This document shows, piece by piece, positions 37,962 through 52,600 of a DNA stretch of 64,000 bases. The DNA is from Styela clava (Eukaryota), in contig NC_135259.1 of NCBI RefSeq assembly GCF_964204865.1, forward strand, positions 5,208,001 to 5,272,000. The letters run 5' to 3'. The notes under the pieces were generated by a model. It was not told the origin of the DNA, did not search any database, and saw nothing but the letters and a program-made list of their open reading frames with translations. Both the position numbers and the translations under genes were made by a program. How positions within the stretch are numbered: position 1 is the stretch's first letter; each line of letters starts with the position of its first letter.

Positions 37962-40900
37962 TCAAAGAACGGATCCAGCCGGAGAAGCTTGGTCTTCTGC
38001 TACCGTTATCTTGTCGTGCATTTCAATTTTAGTAAAATGTGTTGATTTGGAAGAACCTCTTGACGTTCTCTGTGAAGAACATTGACTATCTTTTGTTCTC
38101 TGAATCTTTTTGTAAACCGCGTCAACCATGTCCGAATATAGAATAGGATTAAGAGCACTGTTTATGGGCAAAAGAACGATTGCTGCCACAGCGTATGCTG
38201 TATCTTGAATATTCACTCCAGCCAGCTTGCAGAAGGACATTATGCAAATTGGGACCCAACAACAGAAATCAGTGATGATGAGACGAAGTATTTTTCTTTG
38301 CATTGCTGAAAAATAAAACAAATTAATATAAAAAATTGATAATGATAATAATTCCAATAAGGAAAATCAACCCAGAAACAAATGAAATTAAGTTGTGGGT
38401 GGTTATTGCGAAGGCTGTAGATTCGGGGAAAGTTTACATCCAACTCCGGACTATGGGTTGTTACATTTTTCCTACTCCGACTCCAGCTCTGAACTTTGGG
38501 AAATTTAAATCAAAAAGCGAAAACTTTGGCGTATGCAGGCCTTCTCTAATAGACTGTTGTGAACGCATCATAAATTTCATTCTTTTTGCTGATTGTTTTT
38601 GTTACCAATGCCAGTCTGAAATTCCTACTTCGGTGAATTCAGAATAATGAGTTAGAAAACAACGATCCCAGTTCCGACTCCGAATCCAATGAAAACATGC
38701 CAAACTTCCAGCCCCGTCTCGATTCTACAGCCCAGCTTGCTAGAGGCACCTAGCCTTGAGCTCAATAGAACGTAGGGAAGATATATTGCTTACACTAATT
38801 TTGTTAAATAGATAAATATTTACGGCAAGTATCAAAACAACAACGAAAACAAACAAAATATCTGTCACAAACAAACATAAGGAAATTATAATTCTATGCT
38901 AAATACAGGAGTGACAAATTTTTGTAAACGTTCTAGTAATATAACGAACATCGTAAGATATTAATTTAGGTATATATATCTGAAATCAAATCTACTTCGT
39001 GTGACACAATAAAATTGAAATATATGGATGTGTGTGGAGGTTTAAAGAATCGTCAAAATAGATTGCTTTTTTATCAAAAATAAAATTATTCAAAATAATA
39101 GTGGAAATCAAAACGGATGCGTTCAAGTTTAAAAAATTACAAATTACATTGCTTTTTTATCTAAAATAAAATCATCTAAAATAATAGCGAAACTCAAAAC
39201 TAAAATAAAGCGAAAATAAATGCCACGCCTCCAACCTAAACCCCTTTTATGATGAACCTCATCATGCGTTTTAGTTTGGCTACGTCGAGAACTTATTCTT
39301 TTCCCTGTATAAAAGTTAGTTATTTGATATATAAATTCTGCCGTAATTTATTTTTGAAATTTTAAACATTTTACACTTATAAAGAAAGATTCAAATTTTT
39401 ATTATCGTACAATTATAACTTTATATTACAATAGGTTTAAAACAAACATATATATGAGATGGTTTGAAAACAAGTATGATTTTGTTACTTCATTCTTCTG
39501 AATAGAAACATATAGATATGGATTGATAATTCACTCAGATACTCATTGCTATAATTCACAATATATATGCAATTTTATTAAAAACGATACGTACATTTCA
39601 TATTTTTCTCATCATTTTTCTGCGGACCTCGTACGTTGACGTCTTTTCTTGACTTGAAATATATACTAATATAGGCAACCACAACAAAAGTGAAAGCCAC
39701 AAAATTAAACAGGGTAAGAATGAATGAAAACACCCACGCAGGATCTGATCTTGTTATGAAAAATTTCGGGATACAAACACTTGCTGTACTGTAATACCTG
39801 CAAATAAATTGAATTGTAAATTCCTTGAAATGTCACTTGAGTTCATTGCTGGGGTTAAATGAGAATTGTGTCACGGCTCGTACATCCGGTACAGGATATA
39901 TGACTCAGTGATATTGTCTGGCATTCGATCTTGCTTGAGTAAAAATCAAATCACAGAATCTTACTCGAACGCTTAGAACTAGTTAAATACAATACAAAGG
40001 TATAAAAAGTTTTCTGAGATTTGGTAAAATCGACTACCAAGAAATCAAATGCAATCCGAAACTGTTCGCAACTAAAACTGTTTATGCTATCATTTTTTTT
40101 TTCGGATTGCTTCACATGACTATTTTTCTGCCAAAAAGCAGTTAGGGTATTGCAGATTGTAGGCTTTCAGAAATATTTACATTATGCTTCAATATAAAAA
40201 CGTTTGTATTTCTGATTTAAAAAATGATCCTATTCAGTAAATCACTAATCAGTAACTTTGGATAGAAGAAACGTTGAATCTGTAATATAGTCAACTCACC
40301 CCCAATAAATCTCGGGATCAAAATAATTAAAATCAAAGTATTTTGTAGCATCATTCTTTAAATCGTCCCATGATGCTTGTTCTAGGAATGTATTCAACTC
40401 TAAAAACACAATTAAGTGAATAATTTGTATTAGGCCTAATGTAAATGTTAAATAGTACGCCTGTCTTTAAGGTTATGTCCGCCATAACAACCGCATGTGA
40501 AAATGTAGGTATGCACTTGTCTGCATTTTGCCATAAACGACAGGTATAACAAACAATGAGATGTTGCAATAACCTTAATTAATTGTGGGTTATAAAAATG
40601 GTTAAATATATGCAAAGTTTACTGTAATAGTTTACCTGCGACGTTAGCTTGAGAAATATTTTCTGATTTTGTCAATACCATTTGGCTAAACATCTGTTTG
40701 GTTGTTGCTAAAGGAGTTGAAATTGCAGTAGCAAATGGATTGTTTTTGAACTTTACGCCGCTTACAAATATTCTAGATAATCCTGGCGTTAGAGGTAATA
40801 ATCCGAGAATCAGTGACGTCATCCATGAGCCCAGGATAAATATGAGCAAATGGCGTGGTGAGGGTTTCCTTGATGACTGGAAAGGCTGAAATGTTTATAA

Positions 40901-43900
40901 TATTTTATTTAATATTAAACAGATATATGAAGATGTGCTTTAGAACAGCGCTTACGAGACATCGTAAAATTCTAAGACCTCAAAGCTCACAAATCGAAAC
41001 TTACACAAAGAGGTAATAAAATTAGAACATTTATAATAAAAACTCTGCATTATTACCTATATAAAATAGAGCAAAATCGTAAAAACAGCATAAAATGTTT
41101 TCACTTTCTTACATTAGAGATTGCATAAAGTCTACATCCGGTCAATAAAATCATTGTTATCACGGATGTTTCACTCGCAGCGACAGATAATACGCCAAGT
41201 CCAATGCACGTCTTACTAGAACGCCACGCCAGGTCTCGACTGCAGTAATCACCCTGAATTAAGTTATACTGTAAATATTTACCTTAAACACTACAAGTTC
41301 ATTCTTAATTGTGATAGATTGTGTGAGATCAAAGTTGGAAATAGTCATTGAGGTGATTCAAATTAGATTATTTATTTTTCAAGTATTTGCAAAAATTTTA
41401 TGCACCAGTTCTCGCTACGAACTCCCATCTGCTCGCACTATCTATTGTTAAAAAAAAGTGAAAAGTAACTTGACTAAATTCATGATATTAACTTGTTACC
41501 AATGTCAATATATGATGTGGATACAACCCAGGTGAAGATAACTACATTATCCCCATTCAAAACCTATGGAACAACCACAAACTGCGTTTTTTATTTGAAT
41601 GATAATTTTGTTTAAAAATATAACAGTAGAATTAAACATTGTGTTTAAAATGCATCGGAAATTCCAAATCCAAATCGTCTTTCAAAAGTCAAACACAAAA
41701 ACGCTAAACTATAAAAATCAACCCTATGACTTTTGTAATTCTTACAATTTTCATTTTATTGTCTTAATAAAAAATATTATACCTGCATTTTTAAGGTCAT
41801 GACACAAAGAGAAATCAAATATATTCCCATCAAAAAATCAGCTAACGCCAGATTTAATATTAATAATCTGTTGGCTCTCATTGCTGGTGTTATTTTCGTC
41901 TTTTGACGAAGTTTAATAATTTCTCGTATTATGACGGCCTATAAATAAATAAAATTATTGAAACACACATATTAATACATTTTCACTCACAATTTGTTGT
42001 AAATTTACTCCATGGCATCTTTGGTAATAAAACTATCGAGAATCATGGTATGTAGTTTATTTATTTGTCGAAATTGCACAGCAAAAATGTTAACAAAATA
42101 ATTTAAATGTAGGAGACCTCATTTGTTTTGTTTTTGTCCATCTGAAATTTGTTATACTCAAAGATTCATACTAAAGAAAGAATCAACTTACGGCATTGCC
42201 TATTATTGCCAAAAGCGCCATAATCCATATTATTGTACGCAGTACAGAGCTCTCAATCAACTCATATCTTGATGAAAATGCATCAATAGAAGTTGACTTA
42301 TTAATGGTTGGACATTCATCACTCCAGTCTGAGCAGTCACCGATTCCGTCGCGTTTCTGAAATTTGGCCAAAACTGAGAATAATCCGACAATTCATTTGA
42401 AATTTAGCTCTATATATCTCGTCATTTGTAATGGGCTAGTACATTTAATCGCGTATTTACTAAAACTATAGTGTAATCTAAAAAACATTAACAATCAAAA
42501 AGATGCGACTGGTTATGATTTTATTTTATAGTGCAAATTATTATATGGTTTCAATGTATTTAGTGGGCTTTTACTATGCCTGATGTGACAAGCTTATCAA
42601 TAATTTATTTTCTATAAAAAATATCAATTCATATTGCCAACTATTAACCAATGGAGTATTTTAAAATTTAGGATAACACGTTATATTAGCCACAATTGCC
42701 TTCAAATTTTCCATAATTGATAAATGAAAGTTTATTTGGTACTTTCATATTTCCTTTTGTTTCATTGAATATGTACAATAAATGGAATCACTGCGTCGAA
42801 TTTGCATTCCATTTTTTTCGATCTCTTGATCAACGGCCATATATGATACTTGACGGTAGATAGCCTGTCAGTAATGAACTTCCCATGGTGTCCATATATT
42901 AGGTGATAGTTGTCGTACTTCTAGTACGTTTTTTACGTTTTTTCAGCTCCAAATTTCTTAGTATATAAAGTATTGTATGTTTAATATATATGATATACCA
43001 CTCAATAATTAATTATTCAATTAAATTTCTGACATCGTTTATTTTCAATAATAAATATGAGTTTCAATCTTCTTCTGCACAAAACTGAATTGGCGTTCAT
43101 ATACAAATACAAAGATCCTTAGCAAAACACATATTCTCTACAATACATATATATAATGAAAAAAATAGTTTTCAGAGAGATACCAAATGTAATACATCTA
43201 AGCTGACTGCCAATTTTACGTATGCATTATTTATGTGTCCTAACTCAACTATTTTGGAAACTTACAATTTTAATTACAAATCATTTGTTCATTTCTCTAT
43301 AAAGCAAGCTCAAATATTACATGACAATATCTTAGAACAGCGTTTCCCAACCTATGTTCCGCGATATTGCATCTTTCAAAAGCACACTACTGTTTCGCGA
43401 GCGTCTTCCGAGTGTTCCGTAGAAAACAAATCAAAAATACGTCTAAATGGGTCCCATGGCGATCTAGGGATTGTGAAGTTGTCGTCCAACTGACCGTTCA
43501 ATATCGCGTCACCATCGACCTAAAGCGGACTAACTGAGGTAGGTAGGGTAGTGGCATTTTCCTTAACCGCCTAGCTTTTTGACTGTTAGGCTCATTATCA
43601 AGTTTGGAGACATCCTTTTGTTTTTTCGATTGGCAAACAAGTAGGTCTAAAGAACAAAGGCAAATGGTCAATTCTTCTTCCGCCATCTCTGCCTGGGTTT
43701 CCTTCAAATGCTGAGGCGATTACTTATGTTCGCTAAACTCGATTCAGCAGATAAATATATATACTGCAGCTCGCGACGTTGCAGCAAGTACGTCTATCCC
43801 TATTGAATGTAAACTAGTGGCAAACACTACGTAATGGAAAGTAAACGACATAGAAAGCTAAAATGAATTTGTTGATTCATATACACAGCATTTAAAATAA

Positions 43901-46900
43901 GAAACAATAAAACATTTATGGTAAATGCAATATGTAAAATATTCAATCATATTTTTGTTACGTTTAGCACAATTTGTTAGTTTTCGTGGCGCATTTGGCA
44001 ACACCCTTCGGGAACCGCTGCCATTTTTCTTTATGAATTTTACACTTTCATTTTTTGATGTTCCGCGAGGCAAGATAAAAAGTATAAGTGTTCCGGGGCC
44101 AAAAAAATTTGGGAAACGCTGTCTTAGAAGAATTAGCTTAAATTGCGACATCATAACAATACTGGTAAGCCATGTTCAAAATGCTTCTCATATATTTTAT
44201 ATATTTGCAATACATCATACCTGGGAATTCATCACGTAAAGCGGTTGTCCATTTTCACAATAAAATCTGTCATCAGTGCAGTTCATTTCATCTGTTTCAT
44301 TGTCACAATTTTTTGAGAAATCACATAAATTCCTGCTGTCAATACTGATCTGAATTTATAATTCAAATTTTTCATAATACGATATAATTTATTGTGGTTA
44401 AATCTTTCATATCCTGTATTAGTTTTCTAATATAATTGGTGTAGAAATTACCATTAATCCCCCTCGTACAGAGCAACGGAATCTGTTTGATCTTCCAGAA
44501 TCTTTGCAAACGTCTGCAATTTCGTCTTTTCCATCTGTGCAATCTAATATACCATCACAAACTTTATCTTCGGATATGCTTACATATCCAGGTCTTGTTG
44601 AATTACAGTAAAATCTGAAATTGTATTCAGGTTTTATTAAATTAAAAGATGAATGCCTCACGTTGCATGGCAACGGATTTAAGTATGAATTTGAAAAGGA
44701 GTTATAGATCTATTTGTATTCCTTTATAATTTTAAGGGAAATCGAAGATGCTACTCACAAGATACCTTGAGTTGGAAATATTTTCAGTAACTTCGAAAAT
44801 CACATATTAGTGTCCGATAAATTGGTCAATACCTTCAATTCGATACCCACAGGAGTGTTATTGTGCGAATTGTGTTATAGCTTATAAAAACCAAGTAAGT
44901 AATAACTTATATACTAAAATACTAATTCGTTTGGCAAAATTTTCAGTATTTCTGACTTAAACTTCTGATTTAGTACCGATAGTACAAAATATAAATCTGA
45001 ATATCGTGTTATGTTAGCAAAAAATAGTAATAAAATTTGACTTTCATCTTCATGAATGAAAAACTTATGATAATTTTGTGACCAACATTCACAATTTAGT
45101 ATGGCTATGTTTACTCTCACCTGTAAAATTCATCGATGCAATGGCTTTCGTCATCTCCCATCAATTCACAATCTATAACACCATCGCAATATTTCTCGCC
45201 ATCAATTTCTTTTGTGTAGTCATCCGGTAACACAGAACCCTGATAGCACAATTGTAAATTGTTAAAAGCAAAAGGAAAGTGATATTGCTTGTAGTTTGGC
45301 AAGATGATTCTGTTTTTGAAAGATGCTTTATATTTAACGCTTTCATTGTCATATAATGCTACATGATATGATTACGTATATTATTTTCACGAGAAAACGA
45401 GCTATTTGAAGCAAGCATGTGCATGATAAACTGTTACATTTTTAACCGTCGTGAATTGCAAATGTTTCATCTGAATTTCAAAATAATTGTTGAACCCACA
45501 AGGACTGATTATGAATCGTTAAGAAGCGTTTACGGAATGATTATTAAGCACCCCCACAAAAAAAAAAACTGACACAAAGATTCAATTTAAAAATTAATGT
45601 TGCTTCTAAATATTAATTACACTATTCATTTTGTATAACAGAAACAAAATTCTTGTATTGCAACCTAATTCCACTTTATATGTAATATGATTTATTCATG
45701 AACTGATTGCTTATCATTTAGCCTCCTAAAAATATGAGTGGTTACTATAGGCTATTATAAAATTCAATGAGATAAGGTCCATAAGATTTGTCTTACATCG
45801 TCCGGCTTTTCGCACCACGTTCCATACAACGACTGCTTCAATGTTTTTGATGCACTTTCAACGCAAGTAAAATTTGAAGGCTTTTCACTGCACGATGCAA
45901 TACATTCATCTTCAGGATATTCCCACAATGTATTGATAACATACCCTGGGTCTTGTCTTGGTGGACATTCAGCCAAACCGTTACACGATACACCGTAATA
46001 CCGACGACAAGATACGTCGTGATCGACGACGCATCTGATGTAAGATAATGTATATTTAACGATTTATCAAACGTAGGAACAGTGTAAAAATTGTTTATTT
46101 TGAAATTATTTTCAAAAAATTTAAACAATGTAAATTCCTTTCATCGTTGAGATTGAAGTGTTGAATTTATATATACCTCATAACGAATACCTCGATTCGA
46201 ATTCAAACGTATATTATAAATAGTAATTTTAAAATTGTTTCTTGCTGTAATTAAATGTAATTAAAGTATTTTGAATACCTGCATTTTTCTTGATTTTCTG
46301 CGTCTTTGCAAGCTAGTGTTCCATCACATAAACCTTCACTGAAAAATATTTAAAAAAAAGTTATAGTACACGCGAATTCATTAAATTAGAAACTAAAAAA
46401 AAATGATGCTCAATATTATTCCTCGAGTTTCAAAATAGAATTGTTTATCAAACCTCTCGTCCTCATCGCAATCCTTTACACCGTCACAAATTCTATGTCG
46501 TGAAATACATTTATCATTTTTGCACCTGACATCACCTATCTGACAATGAGTTGCATTGGTGGTTGTATCAACCGGCAGAAGCAAATTTTCCAACGACAAT
46601 CCAAAGCTCTGTGAAAATGTTATCAGTGAACTTATAAGTTAGATTGGTCAGTTGGATTGTAGGATTGAATTGCAACATATTTGATGGATCGTTTTCGAAA
46701 TCGTGCTCGATTTAAAACAATTATAAATATATATTTTATTAATATTGTATACTTTATATTTTACTAAAAAATGGTTTTACAACACGCGATTATTTGTTAG
46801 GACCAAACGTTTGAAAAACTTGCAGGGAATATTCAATTTTTTCTGTTTTGTTAACTAGTTTTAATTTTAAAAACACGTGTAAATCTGAAACGGATTGTAA

Positions 46901-49647
46901 ATTATGTGATCAGAGTTCAAACTCTACAAAATTCAAATTAACCTTATTCCGATGAACCGTGATTGTCTATATAATACAAAAAATATAATTTATAAATATT
47001 ACTTATGCATTAACAGAATTTGCACTTATGTCAGATTGTCGTAATGCTCCAGTCAGGTTTCATACCTTATAATTGTTTTGAGTTATAATTTGATCACAGA
47101 TGGCTGGTTTGTTCTTTTCGCAAAAACATTCATCTGATAAATCTGGACAGTCAATTATGTGATCACATATTGCAGACGAACGAACAATCATCGATTTATC
47201 CATACATTGAAAACATTTATCTCGAATGAGATATTCAGTTGGCTGTCTCTCGTTTCTGAAAAATAAATTATTTATTATTGAATGTTTCTATCAATTATTT
47301 GTTTTCTTTTTTAATTTCTCTATATAGATTTTATCATACTATTATTTATGATTTCCATCATTTTCGCTCCCTAAAGTTCTGTGTCAAATCAAGGTCAAGC
47401 CATTTTTGCATAAATTGATGAGCAGCGCCATACATATACATTTACATACATTATCTGTCCTTCTGTTATGGCAACTGACCAGAAAGGTTCCACTTTTTAA
47501 TATTCTTGCTTTTTTCAGATACTTTTAGCGACAAAATAGCTTTTGAACTATAATGGAAAGTAATATAGGGTTTTCAATCTGGGTCTCGCAAAACTATAAA
47601 CTATAAATAATATATCAAACTACATATGCCTAGTCATAACACACAGCGTATTTTGGTTCAAGATAATGATTGTTTTCAAATTAGATACTTTTTATACATT
47701 AAATAAAAAAATAAATGAGATTGGAATATCACGCTATACGTAGTTGATCAACAAAACAAAATCAACGTTGTCGAAATGGTATTACTATAGAATTTCATTT
47801 CATTAAATACTTTCGACTTGGGAAAAATTGATTGCAAGTTTTTGAAAATTGGCTTTGCTAAACCGTACCGCATTTGTTCTTATGATAGCCAATAGCATTA
47901 AATATGTAGGAATTCTATTATACTGAATAAAAAAATTCCACCTCGACATGGCCGTCACGTTTTTAAAACATATATCCACACCACCATCACAATCTTCTAC
48001 ATCGTCATGAAGTAATTGCTGAGGCAACATACAAGTTGCCCCGTTTCTAACGCATTTGAATCCGATCCCATTACTCCACTCGTGATCTTCAGGGCAGGCT
48101 GTACAAGGATTACTATCGCAAACTGACGTCCGAAGATAACAAGAACCATCCTATTAATGAATATCAGTTTCATGACTAATTAGAGTTGAAATGTAAGAGG
48201 TACAAAGATAACTTAAGAGATTGACATATATAGTTCAACTATTTCTTTAGATCTAGATATTCAAAATTATTTTTCTATATAAATTATTTAACATACACTG
48301 AAAACTATAAAAATCGTCTACTTTTACAGTTCACAAATAGAGTTGGAGCATGATTTTCGGATTGTATATTCACGCTTGGGTTGTTAAAATGATCATTTCA
48401 CAAATTTTGTTTATAAATGAAAACGGTGATACACAGCTCTAGTCTAACATTTTCAACGCTAAAGTAATGCAAAACGTTTCTAGCTATTAAATTTCTTACC
48501 GTGCATTTATAATGAGATTTACATTTCAGATCACAAGGAGATAAGTTTGAACAAGATACAATTCCATCACATATTTGATCACGCGATACAACGCAAAAAC
48601 CATCGTGTGAGTTTTCAGAATTTGTGCAACTGAAAGAAAGAAAAATATTGAAAAATAGACATTGTTGCTCCAATCGTCGTAATCACTCTTATCGCTATAT
48701 ATCGCTATCGCGAAAATTTTGATTAAAGTGGTTTGTTTGGCAAACCTACATAATGTAGTATGTAAATAAACGCAGTCGATTTTATTGTTTAAATCGTTTA
48801 ATTGTTTAAAATTTGTTATAGCAATAAAAACAACAACAATCTCTTTTTTATAAATTTATCAATTCCGTTTATTACCATTTGTGCAAAAAAATAAATAAAA
48901 AAAAATTGCTGTACATATATTTTATGTGTTGACATTTTGCTTTTCATTTAATAAATAACTTATACATGAGTGGAATAAATGTTGAATAATACAAAAACAC
49001 TGGATGGCCCGATTACTCACGAATACTTTTATTTTGGAACTTAAAAGCGTGTAACAGCTACAGGACTTTAACAAAAATATCAAATTATTAACAAAAATTT
49101 CCTTCTTGTCAGGACTAGATTTCAGAAGATTTTCTAAAATTCATCAAAATTTAAAATTGACTGACGGATAAGAATAAGAAAAGTTATACTTTGGAATAAT
49201 GTTACAATCTTCAGATTCCTATCGCTGTGGAACTTGATAAAAACACAAATTAAAACTTATAAATTATTATAAAATAAAATATTGGATTAATCGAACGCGT
49301 TTGTTACAAAAAATGTGTATCCTAATGTCGAGATTTTAATTTGGATACCACTAGGCGCAGGTAGTTATAGTGAGATACAGCTCAATCCAGGAAACATTCC
49401 ACAAAAATGGGTACTTACGAAATTCCATATTAAAAAAAAAAAAAAAAAAAATATATTCTAAATAAATTGAGCTAGACAAAAAAAGAGGAACTAGATTTCC
49501 AAACAAACTTGTGCAATTTCCCCAATGGATGAAATTCTCCCAGGGCTAATCCTGGTTCGTCTTCACCTCCTTTGCAGTCTGCATCACCATCACAAAAGCA
49601 CTCGTATTTAATTCTTTTTGTATCGTTGCAATAGAAGAATTTTGTTT
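37962..49647 (-). CDS. LDLa-repeat rhodopsin-class GPCR (GRL101/RXFP-like 7TM, no LRRs), >=17 exons; N-terminus may extend to ~51090
   Basis: Approximate exons: 49647-49509, 48629-48500, 48150-47942, 47256-47067, 46608-46453, 46338-46279, 46034-45797, 45239-45121, 44615-44452, 44349-44221, 42356-42192, 41938-41783, 41253-41113, 40886-40636, 40399-40300, 39797-39595, 38305-37962. Repeated CDG..DC.D..DE motifs, then IWIMALLAIIGN, NLALADFLMGIYL, WRSSKTC, YYSTASVCIP, TDFCCWVPI, LPINSALNPILY. Confidence 0.88.
43338..44121. mobile_element. Non-autonomous hAT (Charlie/Buster-like) element, 784 bp, in a GPCR intron
   Basis: TIR CAGCGTTTCCCAA ... TTGGGAAACGCTG. Perfect 8-bp TSD TCTTAGAA (43330-43337 and 44122-44129) with central TA. 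Confidence 0.92.
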
Positions 49648-52600
49648 CTGTTATACAAAATGAATAGTGTAATTATTATTTGAATACAACATCAATTTTT
49701 AAACTGATTATTTGTGTCGTTTTCTGGACGATTGATGAACATATTCCGATTGATTTCTAATTAGTCGTGGACGATTCAACATTTCTTTTAAAATTGGAGT
49801 AATTTATAAAAGAACCATGGTGTCAATTTAAAGAAATATAATTTGGCCACGTGAAACATTAAACTAATAAGTTAGAAAATGCAAATTGTCTGATTCTACT
49901 TAATAATCTTGAAATGAGCGATGAAGCTTAATGATCCACTGTACTGAACACTTGCTCTTTTTTAAACAACAGTATTGAGTATTAAATTAACAACAGCGCA
50001 TCAGCATACGAAATGAAAATTTTCAAGTGTTTAATTGCTGCATTATTGCAACTAAACAACGTAATAACAGATTAAAAATACCTAATATTATGAAATTAAA
50101 CCTAGTGCACAAATTCCAGAAAATTTATTCATGAATCTAATTCCATAATTGATGGCATAACTGATGCATAAATGTTACATCTCTATAGCAAAATCGCTAT
50201 ATAGCATTTTGAAACACTGTTTATGGACTCTCAATTAATTGCAAAAAATTTGGAATTACATCGTGTCTGGTAAAAGGTTAGAAATATCATCATTCAATTT
50301 ATTATCAACTAATTTTGTTCATGTGACAACTTCATACTCAACAAATTATCAAAATGTCGTTGGATTGGGATAAATATTTATATTATTTAATTTATTGAAT
50401 TATTTTAACCTAAATATGTAATTTATAATGTAATCTATGCCTTATATTTCCTCCCTTCTTTGCCGTGATAGAAAGGAAACCCTGCCCTTTCATGTATTAG
50501 TAGCTGATGGTTGTACGTAAATTTTTTAATGACTACTTTAATGACCTATTATTATATTATTGCATAATGTATATTACGTGCTCCAATATTACTTTAAAAA
50601 TCTTCGAATAATGCTGAACACATTTCTTACCATATTTCTCTCCTCGTGCATAGACATAAAACCCACTTTTAAAAGATATGGTACCTAATATTATTAACAG
50701 TTTTATAAGCTGTAACATATTCAGTTTCATAAATATAGAAAAATCTGAAGAAATAATTTAATGTCAATGATTTAAATTCAATAAGATATATAAAACAATT
50801 ATCGCAAAAAAACACACAAGAGAGCAATGATCAAATATATTGGCACATATTTTTTCCTACAACCCAAATAACCCTAGTTCAAAACGAACAATTGTTACCA
50901 ATTTATCAAAACCATAGGACATAGGTTGATTTCGTGTCCAAATGAAAGTTTGAAGGATTTATGAAAAGCTGAATAATGAAAATAAAATTGTAATCATTTT
51001 ATGCAAAGATCATTTGATTTTGCAGAATGCGTAAATTGATTTTGGTACACTATACCTACATGCAATACCAGGAAAAATCAAGAACATAAGCAAAACCGCA
51101 AGTGTTCCCACTTCTCAACAATATCCTGTTTTAATTCATCGTATAATCCAAAAAAATAAAGCAATCCTAAAAATGCGACAAAACACTTGTTTGTAGAATC
51201 ACATCAGAGTCGGATGTAATATAGTAAAATCGTGACATCAATTATGCAATGTATTGTAAATAAATTTATTCGACAAAATATGTAATCAAAGTAATCAAAT
51301 AAAACCATGAAATTTTATTTTCAAAAACTTTATATAAAATTTGTTTACGTAGTGAAATCTGCGTGACGATTAAATTAAACCGTGACTACCAAATGGAATC
51401 TTTAACAAAGAAGAAAAATCCATTTTACAACCAAATTTCGTAATGTAATCTGATTACTCGCACTCATTTTTGTACAGCAATGGCTTTATGCCTTTGTTTT
51501 TGTCTTTGTGTTTCAGGGAAAACCTACTAAAGTCCAATTTTATTAACCAAGTTAAATTTTAAATAAGTTTACAAATACGAATGCTTGACCTTCCCTGAAA
51601 TTGTAATGGAATTAAATTTATTATCTTACAAAAATATGTGATTGAAACAATGCCACACACTGTTTTCAATGAATTCTTGCTAGCTTTACCTCACACATGT
51701 ATTGTGTTTTATCTATGGCGCTGGCGAGGTGAGTGTATAAGAATTCTGTTGCATTTATTTGATAATACATTGCGAAATCACCAAAGTTTTCAGAATGATT
51801 GATATATTAAATCATGCATTTTGTAGAAATTATGTTCTCAATGTTCTCTCAATGTCGCACTGGCTATACCTAATCTTTCCATTTACTCATTATTTAGTTA
51901 CGTATTTAATACTGTGCGCAAAAATTCAATTCAAATCCGCTAGAAAACTTCAAATCTATCAAAGCTCTTCGAACCAAGTATGGCCATTGATGGAACGCTT
52001 CTACGAGACGTAATAAGTAACATTGTTTAATACTAATCTTTATTGCACAATTCCTTGAAATAGTAAAATCTAGTCTTAAACATGGTGCTGGTATTACAAA
52101 GACCTATCACAACAAAAGTGCGTTCGTTTATTCGTGTACTTCAGTCAATAACTAATCGATCAACCCTTTGAACTTTGATGTAAGTAAATTGTTTGAAATT
52201 TTGAATCAAACCTTTTGTTTCCATGATATCACGTATTTTTATCTAAGGTGATGACTGTTTTTTAACAAACATCTCAATAATTAATGAGCAATATCGTATA
52301 ATCTCTTAATTCGAATGCACTCAAAAAGTAATATATTGGGACAAAAGTGTTTACATTATGCATATAAACAATTCGAGTTTACAAACAAGATTAACCGTAA
52401 CACTAATAGGAGCTCTTGAGATATACAACCTAAACTTTTATCGAAATGTCGTCGATGGCTGATGGAAAACTAAGCTTTATTATTTACAGCCTTTTACTAT
52501 TCTATTCTTGAGAGACCATAACACCAAATTAAAAAAATCTCGGGGTAGAATCCGCCTGGTAACGCAATTACTGTAACAAAAATACAAACGAAACTCTATA

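Larger units (their letters stand above)
9906..38786 (+). repeat. Tandem segmental triplication: unit1 9906-19065, unit2 19066-27819, unit3 27820-38786
   Basis: The junction GAAGATATATATATA|GAAGTCACAGCTGCGCTGTG is identical at 19066 and 27820. Native left end at 9906 (GAAGTCAGAGCTGCG) and native right end at ~38786 (GAAGATATAT|TGCTT). Gene order B, A-pseudo, C, GPCR last exon is the same in each unit. Confidence 0.92.

Noticed and set aside
9906-38786. Repeats as a CRISPR array or prokaryotic operon/defence island
   Set aside because: The repeats are kilobase-scale segmental duplicates, and the genes have spliceosomal GT-AG introns.
43498-43707. ORF inside the hAT element as a transposase
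   Set aside because: Too short, with no BED finger, DDE or dimerisation motif recognisable.
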